From contig NC_009925.1 in the NCBI RefSeq assembly GCF_000018105.1, positions 4,950,001-4,982,000 on the forward strand: 32,000 nt of DNA, written 5' to 3'. Shown piece by piece: positions 1 to 9,295 of the stretch (the first letter of the stretch is position 1; each line of letters opens with the position of its first letter). A program made the translations under genes and the position numbers. This DNA comes from Acaryochloris marina MBIC11017. Its GTDB lineage: Bacteria; Cyanobacteriota; Cyanobacteriia; Thermosynechococcales; Thermosynechococcaceae. Under the pieces are notes generated by a model that did not search any database, was not told the origin of the DNA, and saw only the letters and a list, made by a program, of their open reading frames with translations.

Positions 1-210
1 AATAACTGCCCCTATGTGGGTCAGACTTTGGGCGTTGCGGATGTGCGATCGCAAACCGGTGCCTCCATCCTCGCCATCCGTCGAGCTAACGGCGAACTGA
101 TAGGGGCGCCATCAGCACAAACCGAATTTCGCAGCCAAGATCTATTGATTTGCATGGGAACAACCCAGCAACTGCAAGCCCTCAACCAAGCCTTATCGCC
201 TCAGAGCTAA
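1..210 (+). CDS. 3' end of a gene encoding a protein with a C-terminal TrkA-C / RCK_C-type regulatory domain (gene starts upstream of the window)
   Basis: Frame 1 is open from base 1 to the stop at 208-210. The peptide GQTLGVADVRSQTGASILAIRRANGELIGAPSAQTEFRSQDLLICMGT fits the TrkA-C pattern as I remember it. Confidence 0.6.
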   Translation, partial: NNCPYVGQTLGVADVRSQTGASILAIRRANGELIGAPSAQTEFRSQDLLICMGTTQQLQALNQALSPQS

Positions 211-220
211 CGGCAATCTC

Positions 221-823
221 TCAGGGTGCAGCCGGAATAGGTTGGGGTTGAGACCCCGGCAAAGGAGCAAGGGGTTGTCCTGGCAAAGGCGTCGTCGTAG
301 ATGGCTGATTGGGCACCGTAGGAAATGATCCTGGATTCGGACCATCCACAGACGGCACGGGTAGCACATCATTTTGACCGGGTGGTTGACCAGGGATCTG
401 ACCGGGAGGGGTGACTGGATCACTTTTCACTGTCTCTAAGGCAACCCGCTCTCCGCCCACAGACCGCAGCATATCCAAAACCGTAATCACCTGGTCGTAA
501 GTAGCACCCCCATCCGCCTTCAAAATCACAACCCCTTGAGGGGTCGTTTGCAAATAGCGGCTCACCAACTGCTTCAACTGAGTTTGATTCACCGGTTGAT
601 TATTAGCCAACAGCTCCCCGAGGATGCCAACTTGCACCCTAAACTTACTGCTAAATTGGGGCGTTCCTGTTTCTGCCTTGGGAAGATTAAGGTTAATCCC
701 TTCGGGGCGACTCAAACCTACCGTCCCCAAAATAAACACCGCCAGGAGACAAAAAACAACATCCAACAGCGGAATTAGTTCAACTTGAATGTCTGCATCT
801 TCATTGTCTAAAAATGTTTTCAT
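221..823 (-). CDS. exbD: ExbD/TolR-family biopolymer transport protein with a proline-rich C-terminal extension
   Basis: ATG at 823. There is an N-terminal TM helix (IPLLDVVFCLLAVFILG) and a periplasmic core (VVILKADGGATYDQVITVLDMLRSVG) typical of ExbD/TolR. The gene lies 33 nt downstream of the exbB-like gene on the same strand. Confidence 0.8.
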   Translation of the reverse strand: MKTFLDNEDADIQVELIPLLDVVFCLLAVFILGTVGLSRPEGINLNLPKAETGTPQFSSKFRVQVGILGELLANNQPVNQTQLKQLVSRYLQTTPQGVVILKADGGATYDQVITVLDMLRSVGGERVALETVKSDPVTPPGQIPGQPPGQNDVLPVPSVDGPNPGSFPTVPNQPSTTTPLPGQPLAPLPGSQPQPIPAAP

Positions 824-856
824 AGGAATTCAAACTGGCACTGAACAGGCAAAGTA

Positions 857-1543
857 TTATTCTTGAGAATCGTTTTGAGGGGGCAGGGCAGGCCGTGTTT
901 CGGAGGGCTGCAGCCAAAACTGTCGATAGACCAGCTCTAGTTCATTCCCCGTCCGTCGAAATATACGCGCCTGATTAAAGACCAATCCTTGAAACAGCCG
1001 ATAAAAGGTCAGGGAAACAATCGCAATGGCCAATCCTACCAATGTACTGGTTAAAGCCTGGTCAATTCCTAAAGCTGGATTACCAACAATTTGACCAAAT
1101 TCCTCAAAATTTAATTTACCTAGGGAATTTTGCAAGCCTAAAATAGTACCAAATAGTCCCAGTAATGGAGATAAAGCAATCACAGCTTCTAGGACTTTGC
1201 TTCCCTTTCGCATAGCCGTCAGCTCTTCATCCGCAGAGGCTTCTAGAGCTAATCGAAAAATTTCCGGTTCTTGATTCGCTAACCGTAAAGGAGTAAACAG
1301 AAATCGACCGATGGGTTGATTGCTAAATTGTCGAGCCAGGTGAGTCGCTTCATCCCAATCTCGGCGGGCAGCATCCAGAATTTGCTTCGCTGTTTTTCGT
1401 TCTCCTTTGAGAAGATTGCTCCAGAACCATAACCGCTCAAAAACAGTTCCAATCGCTAAAATGGAGAGTCCGAGTAATGGCCATATTGTGGGCCCTCCCT
1501 TCTCAAATAGCTCGATAATATTCACGATACTTCCTTTGCCCAA
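857..1543 (-). CDS. exbB: MotA/TolQ/ExbB-family proton channel protein
   Basis: Three-TM layout with the conserved C-terminal helices LSPLLGLFGTILGL and ALTSTLVGLAIAIVSL. The start is uncertain: TTG at 1543 or GTG at 1525, with no in-frame ATG nearby. Confidence 0.8.
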   Translation of the reverse strand: MGKGSIVNIIELFEKGGPTIWPLLGLSILAIGTVFERLWFWSNLLKGERKTAKQILDAARRDWDEATHLARQFSNQPIGRFLFTPLRLANQEPEIFRLALEASADEELTAMRKGSKVLEAVIALSPLLGLFGTILGLQNSLGKLNFEEFGQIVGNPALGIDQALTSTLVGLAIAIVSLTFYRLFQGLVFNQARIFRRTGNELELVYRQFWLQPSETRPALPPQNDSQE

Positions 1544-1824
1544 TCCGACGATGAGATCAATAATGTTCGACGTTTTCTGTCTATTTCTGTCTCATCATGA
1601 AGTATAAGATATAGCATGACTTATTCATTTATGAAATAAATCTAGTCGACCATCAATTCCCCGATATTGCTCTATTAGAAGAACAAATATAAGTATTGCC
1701 GATTTAAAAAAACATATTAAGCCAATTTTGTCCCATCACAGGCAGAGAACACTCTGACGGGAATCCACACCAGATCTGTTATCTAATTTCTGACAAGATA
1801 GTAGGGCAAAGGAGATATAAGCTA

Positions 1825-2127
1825 ATGAATTTTTCGATCAAAGCACTATATAACTGGTATCGAAACAGTCTGCGTAATCCGAAGTATCGGGGATGGATTA
1901 TTGCCGGCACCTTGGCATATCTCTTAAGTCCCTTCGATATTTCTCCGGATGTCTTTCCCCTCATCGGTCAAATTGATGATCTTGCCTTACTAACGCTCTT
2001 TATCTCTGAACTCTCTCAGTTGTTTATTGAAGACTATAAAAAGCGCCAAGTAAACACACAGCCGGAGAGCAATGAGGCCGATAGCCAAGAAACCGTTGAT
2101 GTTGATGCAGTGCCCATTCAGGACTGA
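1825..2127 (+). CDS. DUF1232 (YkvA-like) small membrane protein
   Basis: AAGGAG at 1809-1814 precedes the ATG at 1825. WIIAGTLAYLLSPFDISPDVFPLIGQIDDLALL matches the DUF1232 core motif from memory. Confidence 0.65.
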   Translation: MNFSIKALYNWYRNSLRNPKYRGWIIAGTLAYLLSPFDISPDVFPLIGQIDDLALLTLFISELSQLFIEDYKKRQVNTQPESNEADSQETVDVDAVPIQD

Positions 2128-2169
2128 TGTATCTTAGGTGGGGCAAGCCGTTATTTGCCGCAATTTTTC

Positions 2170-2607
2170 ATGAATGCTTCCCCTCAAGGTTCAAGTCCAT
2201 GGTTTGAATATCCCGTTTGGGTTCAGCCTTGTCATACGGATTATGCCGGAGTGGTCTGGCATGGCTCCTACCTAGAATGGATGGAAGCTGCTCGCATTGC
2301 TGCTTTTCGTTCCGTGGGGCTGGAATATTCAGCATTAGTCCAATTAGGCTGCGATCTCCCCGTCATTGACTTATCCCTTCGATATCAAAAAGCCATCCGG
2401 ATGGGAAATGAGGTCATCGTTAAAACTAGAATTAGCAAATTGGACAAGGTTAGACTTTTCTGGGATCAAGATATTTTCTGCATCAATACTGAAAAACCTT
2501 GTGTGTTGGGACGCGTTACCCTTGTACCTGTTAACTCTGAAAATGGACGGATTCTGCGGACCCCCCCTCAGGCCTTACAGGATGCCATTCACCAACTCAT
2601 AAGTTAA
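2170..2607 (+). CDS. Acyl-CoA thioesterase, 4HBT/YbgC hot-dog family
   Basis: VQPCHTDYAGVVWHGSYLEWMEAARIAAFRSVGLEYSAL...LPVIDLSLRYQKAIRMGNEVIV is typical of YbgC-like thioesterases. I prefer the ATG at 2170 over the TTG at 2155 used by the ORF track. Confidence 0.7.
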   Translation: MNASPQGSSPWFEYPVWVQPCHTDYAGVVWHGSYLEWMEAARIAAFRSVGLEYSALVQLGCDLPVIDLSLRYQKAIRMGNEVIVKTRISKLDKVRLFWDQDIFCINTEKPCVLGRVTLVPVNSENGRILRTPPQALQDAIHQLIS

Positions 2608-3085
2608 AGAAACGCAATCTTACACCACCATTAAGAAAAAAAATAAGTCTTTTTGACTTTTTTCTGAATTTTTTTTAGCTAAAAATCAAGAAAGTCATCA
2701 CTTTTGTAATTGTTAAGCCCATTTCAGGAAATGTCTAACTTACGTACATCTTATATATAAGATCTAGCTTTTTAGTCTTTTTTGATATTCAAAATGTCTC
2801 TTTCTTATACAGATAAATTAATCGCTAATTATGATTGGCAGATTAGTCTTTCTAGGCTGGCCATCTCCAGAACATTTCAGTGACCTGGATCACTCTTTAA
2901 AGTGCGTTTGATCACACCTAAATTAGAAACATATTTTGTAATTTGATTACAAGTTTGGGCATACTAATCACACGCTACATAATTCAGGAAGTTGGGGAGC
3001 ACCTTGAATTAGGAAGCAGTTAACTCAAGCACCCGTGTTTGTTGTCCTGATCACTTAACTGTAAGCCCTATTCTCTAGAAATCCA

Positions 3086-4390
3086 GTGAACACCCAGTTG
3101 CCTTATCATCATCATTCCCGGTCTGTTTCTAATGAGCAGAGAGTTTATGATCATCTTCTTACTTGTGTCCGCTCTGAATCTCCACAAGATGTTTTATACC
3201 GATTTCAGTCTCTATTTCTAGGCACATCAGGATACCAAGAACCTGAGATTAGGCAAGCAATCAATGCCATTGTCAAATCTACGACTAAACAAGATGAGTT
3301 TTGTTTATTTCTCAATCGATGTTGCTATATTTTAGTCAACCGTTGGCAAACCCAATTTGATTGTCGTTATGCTATTTCACAACTGATTGATCTTCTAGGC
3401 CAGGCAAGCGGTATGCCAGCTAGCTTAGGTCGAACTCAGACAAAGACTCGGCTACGGTTGCTCGTCAAGCACTTTACTAAAAGCCAACACTTTCAGCGAT
3501 TACGCCGATTTGCAGATTTTATGAATCCAGGGGGAGCCGCATCTGGGCAGCAACCCCTAGTCACTCTATTACAGCGATATCCTTACCTGTACAAGCATTG
3601 CTTGGTTTCGCAAGGGGATACCCAAGAACATCAGCAAGTGATTCATCAAGCCCAGGTTCAAGCTCAGCAAAAGTTTGAGGTGGATCTATCTCTGTACATG
3701 ACGGATCTCTTAAAGCGACAAACCCGAGATCCTCAACCGTTAATTCAAACAGTTGGACAACCCCATCCACAGCAGGGAAAAATTATTCAGCCCGTTCATA
3801 ACCCCACTCTGTTAAGTGATTCAGATCTGCGCAGCTCCTTAAAACATTTTGTCGGCAAGGTGGATGCGCGCAATACCCATCAGGACTTAGCCAAACAGTT
3901 CCTGATGCAGCAGCATGCCGCTACTTCAACCTATAAACATTTTAAAAATGACTTTTATGAGTATCTAGTCTCATCCATCGATACAAAGTTTGGCCAATGT
4001 CGGTTTAATAACCAGCTGTATCAATCCTTGCAGAACATGTTCCCTGAAAGCAACGATCGCACCATGAACGACTTTTTGATGGTGAGAACCTGCCAGCAGG
4101 TCTTAAATTTCCTAGTCATTGAGAGTCGTCAAAAACCCAAGCATTGGATTTTCATGGATTTGATTAATAATGTGGGGTCCACTTCTACCGTTAGCTTGGT
4201 GCTCAAAGTAGTCTTAATTTGCAAGAAAATTAAGCCCTACTTAGAAAAAAGATTTGCACTACTGTTTAACCACTATGAATCCCAGAAGCAAGCTTCTGTG
4301 CAATGGCTAGTGCACTGTTTTGAGAAGCTGAATCTAGCTTGGTGTGGTCTTTTCGGTAAATTTGATTATTCTTACGTATCCGTTCTTTAA
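3086..4390 (+). CDS. Hypothetical protein, 434 aa, no family recognised
   Basis: Long uninterrupted ORF with a GTG start at 3086 and no in-frame ATG for more than 140 codons. It is moderately AT-rich. I see no catalytic or binding motif. Confidence 0.6.
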   Translation: MNTQLPYHHHSRSVSNEQRVYDHLLTCVRSESPQDVLYRFQSLFLGTSGYQEPEIRQAINAIVKSTTKQDEFCLFLNRCCYILVNRWQTQFDCRYAISQLIDLLGQASGMPASLGRTQTKTRLRLLVKHFTKSQHFQRLRRFADFMNPGGAASGQQPLVTLLQRYPYLYKHCLVSQGDTQEHQQVIHQAQVQAQQKFEVDLSLYMTDLLKRQTRDPQPLIQTVGQPHPQQGKIIQPVHNPTLLSDSDLRSSLKHFVGKVDARNTHQDLAKQFLMQQHAATSTYKHFKNDFYEYLVSSIDTKFGQCRFNNQLYQSLQNMFPESNDRTMNDFLMVRTCQQVLNFLVIESRQKPKHWIFMDLINNVGSTSTVSLVLKVVLICKKIKPYLEKRFALLFNHYESQKQASVQWLVHCFEKLNLAWCGLFGKFDYSYVSVL

Positions 4391-4528
4391 CCACCATCAC
4401 TGCGGAATGGCTCTTCTGTACATGCAAATAGGGGATCGACTGTCCGACCTGAATAAATCAGGAGACTAGCAAATACGGCCCTTTTTCTTACCGAGAAGAG
4501 GTAGCCAAACATTGATGGGGGCTACCGT

Positions 4529-5614
4529 TTAAGCCGCGATGTCAGCTTCTTCCTCATCCGGCAAACCAAAGACTTGACGGAAGACCTTACTGACTTTGTA
4601 GCCAGAGTCGATTGATTCAAGAGGATCTTTTCTGAGGCGGTGGCGTAGACAAAGGGTGATCACTCGACGAATATCATCAACCGTGACTTCTGTACGTCCT
4701 TCGAAGGCCGCAATGGCTTTAGCTGCACGGTTAGAAACAATATCGCCTCGTAGGCCATCGACGTCCAGCTCGGAACAAACCTGAGAAATATTGACCCGCA
4801 GCTCATGATCAATATTGACGTTAGCAAGATTGTTTTGAGCATTAACAATCTGATCCTGGAGCGCCTTTTGGTTATCCGTATGATTGTCCAAATAAGCGTT
4901 GGGCTCTTGATCAAATTGAGAGCGCTCTTCCACAATTTGCACTCGCAGGGTTGGATCTTTCACCGTATGAATTTCGGCATGCATCCCAAAGCGATCGAGG
5001 AGTTGGGGACGCAACTCTCCTTCCTCTGGGTTACCAGACCCGACCAATACAAAGCGAGCCGGATGACGAATCGAAATCCCTTCTCGTTCTACGGTGTTCC
5101 ACCCCGAGGCAGCTGAGTCGAGCAACACGTCAACCAGGTGATCATCCAGAAGGTTGACCTCATCCACGTAAAGAATGCCTCGATTGGCTTTTGCCAATAA
5201 GCCGGGTTCAAAGGCTTTAACCCCTTCAGCCAGGGCCTTTTCAATATCAATGGTGCCGCAGACCCGATCTTCCGTCGCCCCTAGAGGCAAATCCACCATG
5301 GGCACCTGCATTTGGGCGATGGCTGGGGTTTGGCCGCTTGCGGTTAAAGCTTTGACCTCATCACTCATCAGTTCTGGATCTGTGGGATCACTATTAAAGG
5401 GATCATCCGCCACCACATTAATCTCGGGCAGCAAATTGGCCAAAGCTCGAATGGTTGTGGTTTTGCCGGTACCACGATCACCCATAATCATCACGCCGCC
5501 AATTCGAGGGTCAATGGTGTTGAGGATCAGTGCCAGCTTCATTTCTTCTTGGCCGACGATCGCCGTGAATGGGAAAACAGCGCGTGTAGGCGCTTTGGTC
5601 GCAGTAGAACTCAC
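4529..5614 (-). CDS. chlI: Magnesium chelatase ATPase subunit I
   Basis: FPFTAIVGQEEMKLALILNTIDPRIGGVMIMGDRGTGKTTTIRALANLLPEI, including the Walker A motif, and full-length similarity to ChlI. GTG start at 5612-5614. Confidence 0.95.
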   Translation of the reverse strand: MSSTATKAPTRAVFPFTAIVGQEEMKLALILNTIDPRIGGVMIMGDRGTGKTTTIRALANLLPEINVVADDPFNSDPTDPELMSDEVKALTASGQTPAIAQMQVPMVDLPLGATEDRVCGTIDIEKALAEGVKAFEPGLLAKANRGILYVDEVNLLDDHLVDVLLDSAASGWNTVEREGISIRHPARFVLVGSGNPEEGELRPQLLDRFGMHAEIHTVKDPTLRVQIVEERSQFDQEPNAYLDNHTDNQKALQDQIVNAQNNLANVNIDHELRVNISQVCSELDVDGLRGDIVSNRAAKAIAAFEGRTEVTVDDIRRVITLCLRHRLRKDPLESIDSGYKVSKVFRQVFGLPDEEEADIAA

Positions 5615-5691
5615 AGAAATACCTGATTTAATAGCTTATATATCCAGTGTTTCCCATTGTGCCATATGGTTGTTCAGGGGCGCTAATCCGT

Positions 5692-6288
5692 TCAAGGCAA
5701 TGGACTACGAAGCCAGTTGATATGCTCCAGGGGCCAGAATCGCAGATTGGCCCGGCCAATTACATTCGATAGGGGTAAAAACCCCCAAATGTGGGAGTCA
5801 TTGCTGTTGTTACGGTTATCTCCCATCACGAATAGATTGCCTTCAGGCACTCGAACGGGAGCTAGTTCATATTGAGGGGCTTCGGCAATGTAATTCTCGG
5901 CAAGGGGTTGACCATCCACATAGACTTGGCCGTTTTGAACGGCAATGGTTTGCCCCTCTAAGCCAATCACCCGTTTAATAAACGCTTGTTCAGGCGCATA
6001 GCCAACAGCCTGCAAAGGCAACGGCGTATGGAAGACGACAATATCGCCGGCTTCAGGTTGGCGGAGTCGATAGGAAAGCTTTTCAACCACGATTCGATCA
6101 CCAGGCGTTAAGGTGGGCTCCATGGAGACGGAAGGAATGTAGCGAGACTCCGCCACAAATCCTCGAATCAGTAGGGCGAGGATCAATGCGATCGCAAGGG
6201 TGAGGATATTGTCTTTCTGGGATTGCCACAGTTTACGCCACGGGGGAATGGGGGCTGCCTCAGGTGTGGGCCGATCCTCTGAGGTCAT
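5692..6288 (-). CDS. lepB: Signal peptidase I
   Basis: N-terminal TM anchor, an SMEPTL serine box, GDRIVVEK, and the GDNRNNSNDSH box typical of LepB. Confidence 0.9.
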   Translation of the reverse strand: MTSEDRPTPEAAPIPPWRKLWQSQKDNILTLAIALILALLIRGFVAESRYIPSVSMEPTLTPGDRIVVEKLSYRLRQPEAGDIVVFHTPLPLQAVGYAPEQAFIKRVIGLEGQTIAVQNGQVYVDGQPLAENYIAEAPQYELAPVRVPEGNLFVMGDNRNNSNDSHIWGFLPLSNVIGRANLRFWPLEHINWLRSPLP

Positions 6289-6341
6289 AGGGGTTCTCTC
6301 GTAAAATGGACAATCAATCTTCTAGATCACTAGGGTACTCC

Positions 6342-7313
6342 TCAGTAGAGTCGTTTGAGGATATATTCCGTTAAATCAATTAGAGCTTGTCGGGAATCAG
6401 AAGCGGGAAGGAAGTCCAAATGATGAACAGCCTGATGGGCAAATTGTTCAGCCAGGGCCCGAGATTTAGGAATTCCTTGACTATCATTCACAAGGGCAAT
6501 GGCTTCGTCTAGGTCTTCTTCCTCTTCCAAATGCCGATCAATCAAGACTTTGAGGTAAGGCTTTTCTGCAATTGCAAACAGGACCGGGGCCGTTAAATTC
6601 CCGCTACGTAGATCCGAACAAGCGGGTTTGCCTAGGGCATTTGTCGACCCGGTGAAGTCCAAAATATCATCGACAATTTGGAAGGCTAAGCCGACACAGC
6701 GACCATAGGCATATAAATCTTGGTTGACCTGCAAGGAGGTGCCGCTCAAGACTCCCGCAGCCTTGGCGCTGTTTGCCATTAAGGAAGCGGTCTTATAGTA
6801 GGACTTCTCCAGATAGGCTTCGAGGGTCAAGGATGTGTCAAAGCAGTTGATACCCTGCTGGATTTCTCCTTCCGCGAAATCTTTAATCACTTCAGACAGG
6901 AGCTTGACCACCTCTAGGTTGTCTAAGTTCGCCAAATACCAAGATGCTTGGGCAAACAGAAAATCCCCTGCTTGAATAGCTATGCGGTTGCCAAACAGGC
7001 TGTGGACCGACGGTACTCCACGACGAACCCCTGAATCGTCTACCACATCATCATGGAGCAGGCTGGCGGTATGAATCATCTCGGTGATCTCTGCCAACCG
7101 TCGATGTCGAGGGGTGAGGTCTTGATCCGGGAGTAACGCTCTAGAGAGGAGGAGCACAATGGCTGGACGCATCCGCTTCCCTCCAGCTTGAAACAGATGT
7201 TCAGCCGCAGCGAAAAGAACTGGATGTTGGGCGCGTACCAGGTCTTTGAGGTTATCCACCAATATGGCTAAATCGGCTTCAACTGGATCAAAAAGGGATG
7301 TTACTGAGGTCAT
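6342..7313 (-). CDS. sds: Solanesyl (all-trans-nonaprenyl) diphosphate synthase, trans-polyprenyl synthetase family
   Basis: Both Asp-rich motifs are present (LLHDDVVDD and FQIVDDILDF). Length and sequence are typical of the cyanobacterial plastoquinone side-chain synthase. Confidence 0.85.
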   Translation of the reverse strand: MTSVTSLFDPVEADLAILVDNLKDLVRAQHPVLFAAAEHLFQAGGKRMRPAIVLLLSRALLPDQDLTPRHRRLAEITEMIHTASLLHDDVVDDSGVRRGVPSVHSLFGNRIAIQAGDFLFAQASWYLANLDNLEVVKLLSEVIKDFAEGEIQQGINCFDTSLTLEAYLEKSYYKTASLMANSAKAAGVLSGTSLQVNQDLYAYGRCVGLAFQIVDDILDFTGSTNALGKPACSDLRSGNLTAPVLFAIAEKPYLKVLIDRHLEEEEDLDEAIALVNDSQGIPKSRALAEQFAHQAVHHLDFLPASDSRQALIDLTEYILKRLY

Positions 7314-7347
7314 TGATTTGCTTATCTCAGACGGTTATGAAATAAAG

Positions 7348-7365
7348 ATTACAAAATTTTACATA
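7348..7365. promoter_or_regulatory. HLR1-like direct repeat (ATTACAAA-AT-TTTACATA) upstream of sds
   Basis: Matches 15 of 16 consensus positions of (G/T)TTACA(T/A)(T/A)-nn-(G/T)TTACA(T/A)(T/A). It sits 35-52 nt upstream of the sds ATG (7313) and overlaps a TAAAAT -10-like hexamer on the sds strand. Further TTACA-type half-sites occur at about 7376-7400. Confidence 0.3.
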
Positions 7366-7430
7366 TGCTTATCACATTGTAACTCTCTTCGTTTACAAGA
7401 GGGTTTATAACCCATCAGGAATTCAAATCT

Positions 7431-8801
7431 CTATGAAGTTGCCGCCAGCAGTTCGTTGATCGCGTCCCGGTACGCTTGCTTTGCTTTAATCCCTTTGAAC
7501 TCCCGTAATAAGGATTTATCCTGGAATACCTGCACTGTTGGGGTCCCTGTTATGGAGGCAGATTCGGCAATATCTGGATCTTCGGCAATGTCAATCTCCA
7601 CGTAGTGCACCTGTCCTTCAAATTCATCAATGACGCGACTCAAGATCGGCTGGAGGATATGGCAGGGGCCACAGGTGGGAGATGCATATTTGACTACGAT
7701 GATGCGATCGCTCTCATGAAACAACTTCCGCAAGGCAAATGCCCCTTGATGGCGAGTGGTGTTGGGATCAAACGCTGCCGACAGCTTGTACTCTGGCGGA
7801 TGGGTCCCATCTTCCGTTTGTTCAGAGGCTTCCGATTGGTGAAACTCGTTAATCAAATCCTGAGATGACAACCAGCGCTCTGCTAATAAAGCCGCCATGC
7901 ACCCCGTTCCAGCAGCAGTAATCGCTTGTCTAAACTCATGCTCTTGAACATCTCCAGCCGCAAACACGCCAAAAATATTAGTGCTGACCGAATCGGGCTG
8001 AGTCAGGATGTAGCCCGTCTTATCCAAATCCAGCTGTTGGGTAAAGAGTTGGGTATTGGGCTGATGGCCGATGGCATAAAATAGCCCCCGCACCTGCAGT
8101 TCTTGGATCTCTGCAGTCTGACGGTTTTTGATTTTGAGTCCTTGGAGCTGTGTATCGCCAAAGACATCCACCACCTCGGTTTGCCAATGGACAGTAACTT
8201 TAGGATTTCGCATCACCCGATCCTGCATGGCTTTGCTCGCCCGCATCTGCTCTGAGCGAACCAGTAGATGCACATGAGAGCCATATTTCGTCAGATAAAC
8301 CGCTTCTTCAGCCGCAGAATCTCCTCCCCCCACCACGGCGAGTTCCTCATTCTTGAAAATAGGTGTTGCCCCATCACAAATGGCGCAGGCCGAAATTCCT
8401 CGACTCCAAAACTCTTTTTCTGACGGCAAGCCCAATCGTTTGGCCGTTGCCCCGGTCGCAATAACCACGCTATGGGCCTTCACCGTTCTTTCTTCAGACT
8501 GGATCACAAACGGGAACTGTTGGAAGTCAACGGATATTACGTCTTCCGTGACAATCTCACTTCCCCAACGTAGGGCCTGTAGCTTCATCCGATCCATCAG
8601 CTGCGGTCCAGTAATCCCATCCGGGAAACCTGGGAAATTCTCTACTTCTGTGGTCGTCATTAGTTGCCCACCCGGCAGTCCCCCAGCCTGATATCCGGCA
8701 AACATAAAGGGCTTTAAGTTTGCTCGGGCAGCGTAAATAGCCGCCGTATAGCCAGCGGGCCCTGATCCAATGACCACCAAGTTTTCAATCGCTTCACTCA
8801 T
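7431..8801 (-). CDS. ntrc: NADPH-dependent thioredoxin reductase C (thioredoxin reductase fused to a C-terminal thioredoxin domain)
   Basis: Contains the FAD motif [19 protein letters not shown], the redox centre CAICDG, and a C-terminal Trx module with CGPC. I prefer the ATG at 8801 ([14 protein letters not shown]) over the TTG at 8858. Confidence 0.85.
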   Translation of the reverse strand: MSEAIENLVVIGSGPAGYTAAIYAARANLKPFMFAGYQAGGLPGGQLMTTTEVENFPGFPDGITGPQLMDRMKLQALRWGSEIVTEDVISVDFQQFPFVIQSEERTVKAHSVVIATGATAKRLGLPSEKEFWSRGISACAICDGATPIFKNEELAVVGGGDSAAEEAVYLTKYGSHVHLLVRSEQMRASKAMQDRVMRNPKVTVHWQTEVVDVFGDTQLQGLKIKNRQTAEIQELQVRGLFYAIGHQPNTQLFTQQLDLDKTGYILTQPDSVSTNIFGVFAAGDVQEHEFRQAITAAGTGCMAALLAERWLSSQDLINEFHQSEASEQTEDGTHPPEYKLSAAFDPNTTRHQGAFALRKLFHESDRIIVVKYASPTCGPCHILQPILSRVIDEFEGQVHYVEIDIAEDPDIAESASITGTPTVQVFQDKSLLREFKGIKAKQAYRDAINELLAATS

Positions 8802-8947
8802 AAGAACAGTAAGGTAACGGCTGCGGATGGAGCATTGGCTTTTTGAGCCGTTTTGCAATTGTTCTAAAGCCTTTGACTCAAAAAATCTCCAACGCTTTAC
8901 TATAGTGAAATTATTCTGCTGCCATCATCCGCTTAAAAAGTTTGCCC

Positions 8948-9295
8948 ATGTCTGAGTCCCCCTCTACGAACAAGCCTACTCCTCCCAGCATTTGGCGAAC
9001 CTTGTCTGGCGCTGTTGTAGCTGGCACCATTGCGTTTCCCCTGGCCAAGCTGTCTTCTAAGATTGCCCAGTCTTTTGCGGAACATCCCTTCACCTCAGAT
9101 AATCAAACAGCCGTCAAAATCGCCATCGCCCTTAAGACCTTAGTGGTGGGGTTAAGCACCTTAGCCACCGGAATTTTCTGCATGGCAGCCCTGGGCTTAG
9201 GCGCTCTATCCATCCAGATCTTCTGGCAAAATCTCACATCGTCCCCTACACCTCCTGAACCTGACTCCGTCGATCAGTCTGAACAATCATCGTGA
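8948..9295 (+). CDS. Small two-TM membrane protein (possibly DUF3082-like)
   Basis: ATG at 8948. Two hydrophobic helices (VVAGTIAFPLAKL and LVVGLSTLATGIFCMAALGLGAL). The family assignment is from memory only. Confidence 0.55.
   Translation: MSESPSTNKPTPPSIWRTLSGAVVAGTIAFPLAKLSSKIAQSFAEHPFTSDNQTAVKIAIALKTLVVGLSTLATGIFCMAALGLGALSIQIFWQNLTSSPTPPEPDSVDQSEQSS

Noticed and set aside
2188-2198. GGTTCAAGTCC, which resembles a tRNA T-arm and loop
   Set aside because: The flanking bases do not form a 5-bp T-stem (CAAGG versus CCATG mismatches), and no acceptor, D or anticodon arms can be drawn. It lies inside the thioesterase CDS.
2938-2950. A possible NtcA site within the 2936-2952 palindrome
   Set aside because: The sequence is GTA-N7-TAC, not the canonical GTA-N8-TAC. 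No TAN3T -10 box lies at the expected distance of about 22 nt.
4500-4526. A GGTAGCC...GGCTACC hairpin between the convergent orphan gene and chlI, as a possible terminator
   Set aside because: The stem is only 7 bp with a 13-nt loop, and no U-tract follows on either strand. That is not enough to call an intrinsic terminator.
5175-5720. A 181-aa ORF antisense to chlI
   Set aside because: It fully overlaps chlI on the opposite strand. The translation is Ser/Ala/Pro-rich and has no motif, so it is a typical shadow ORF.
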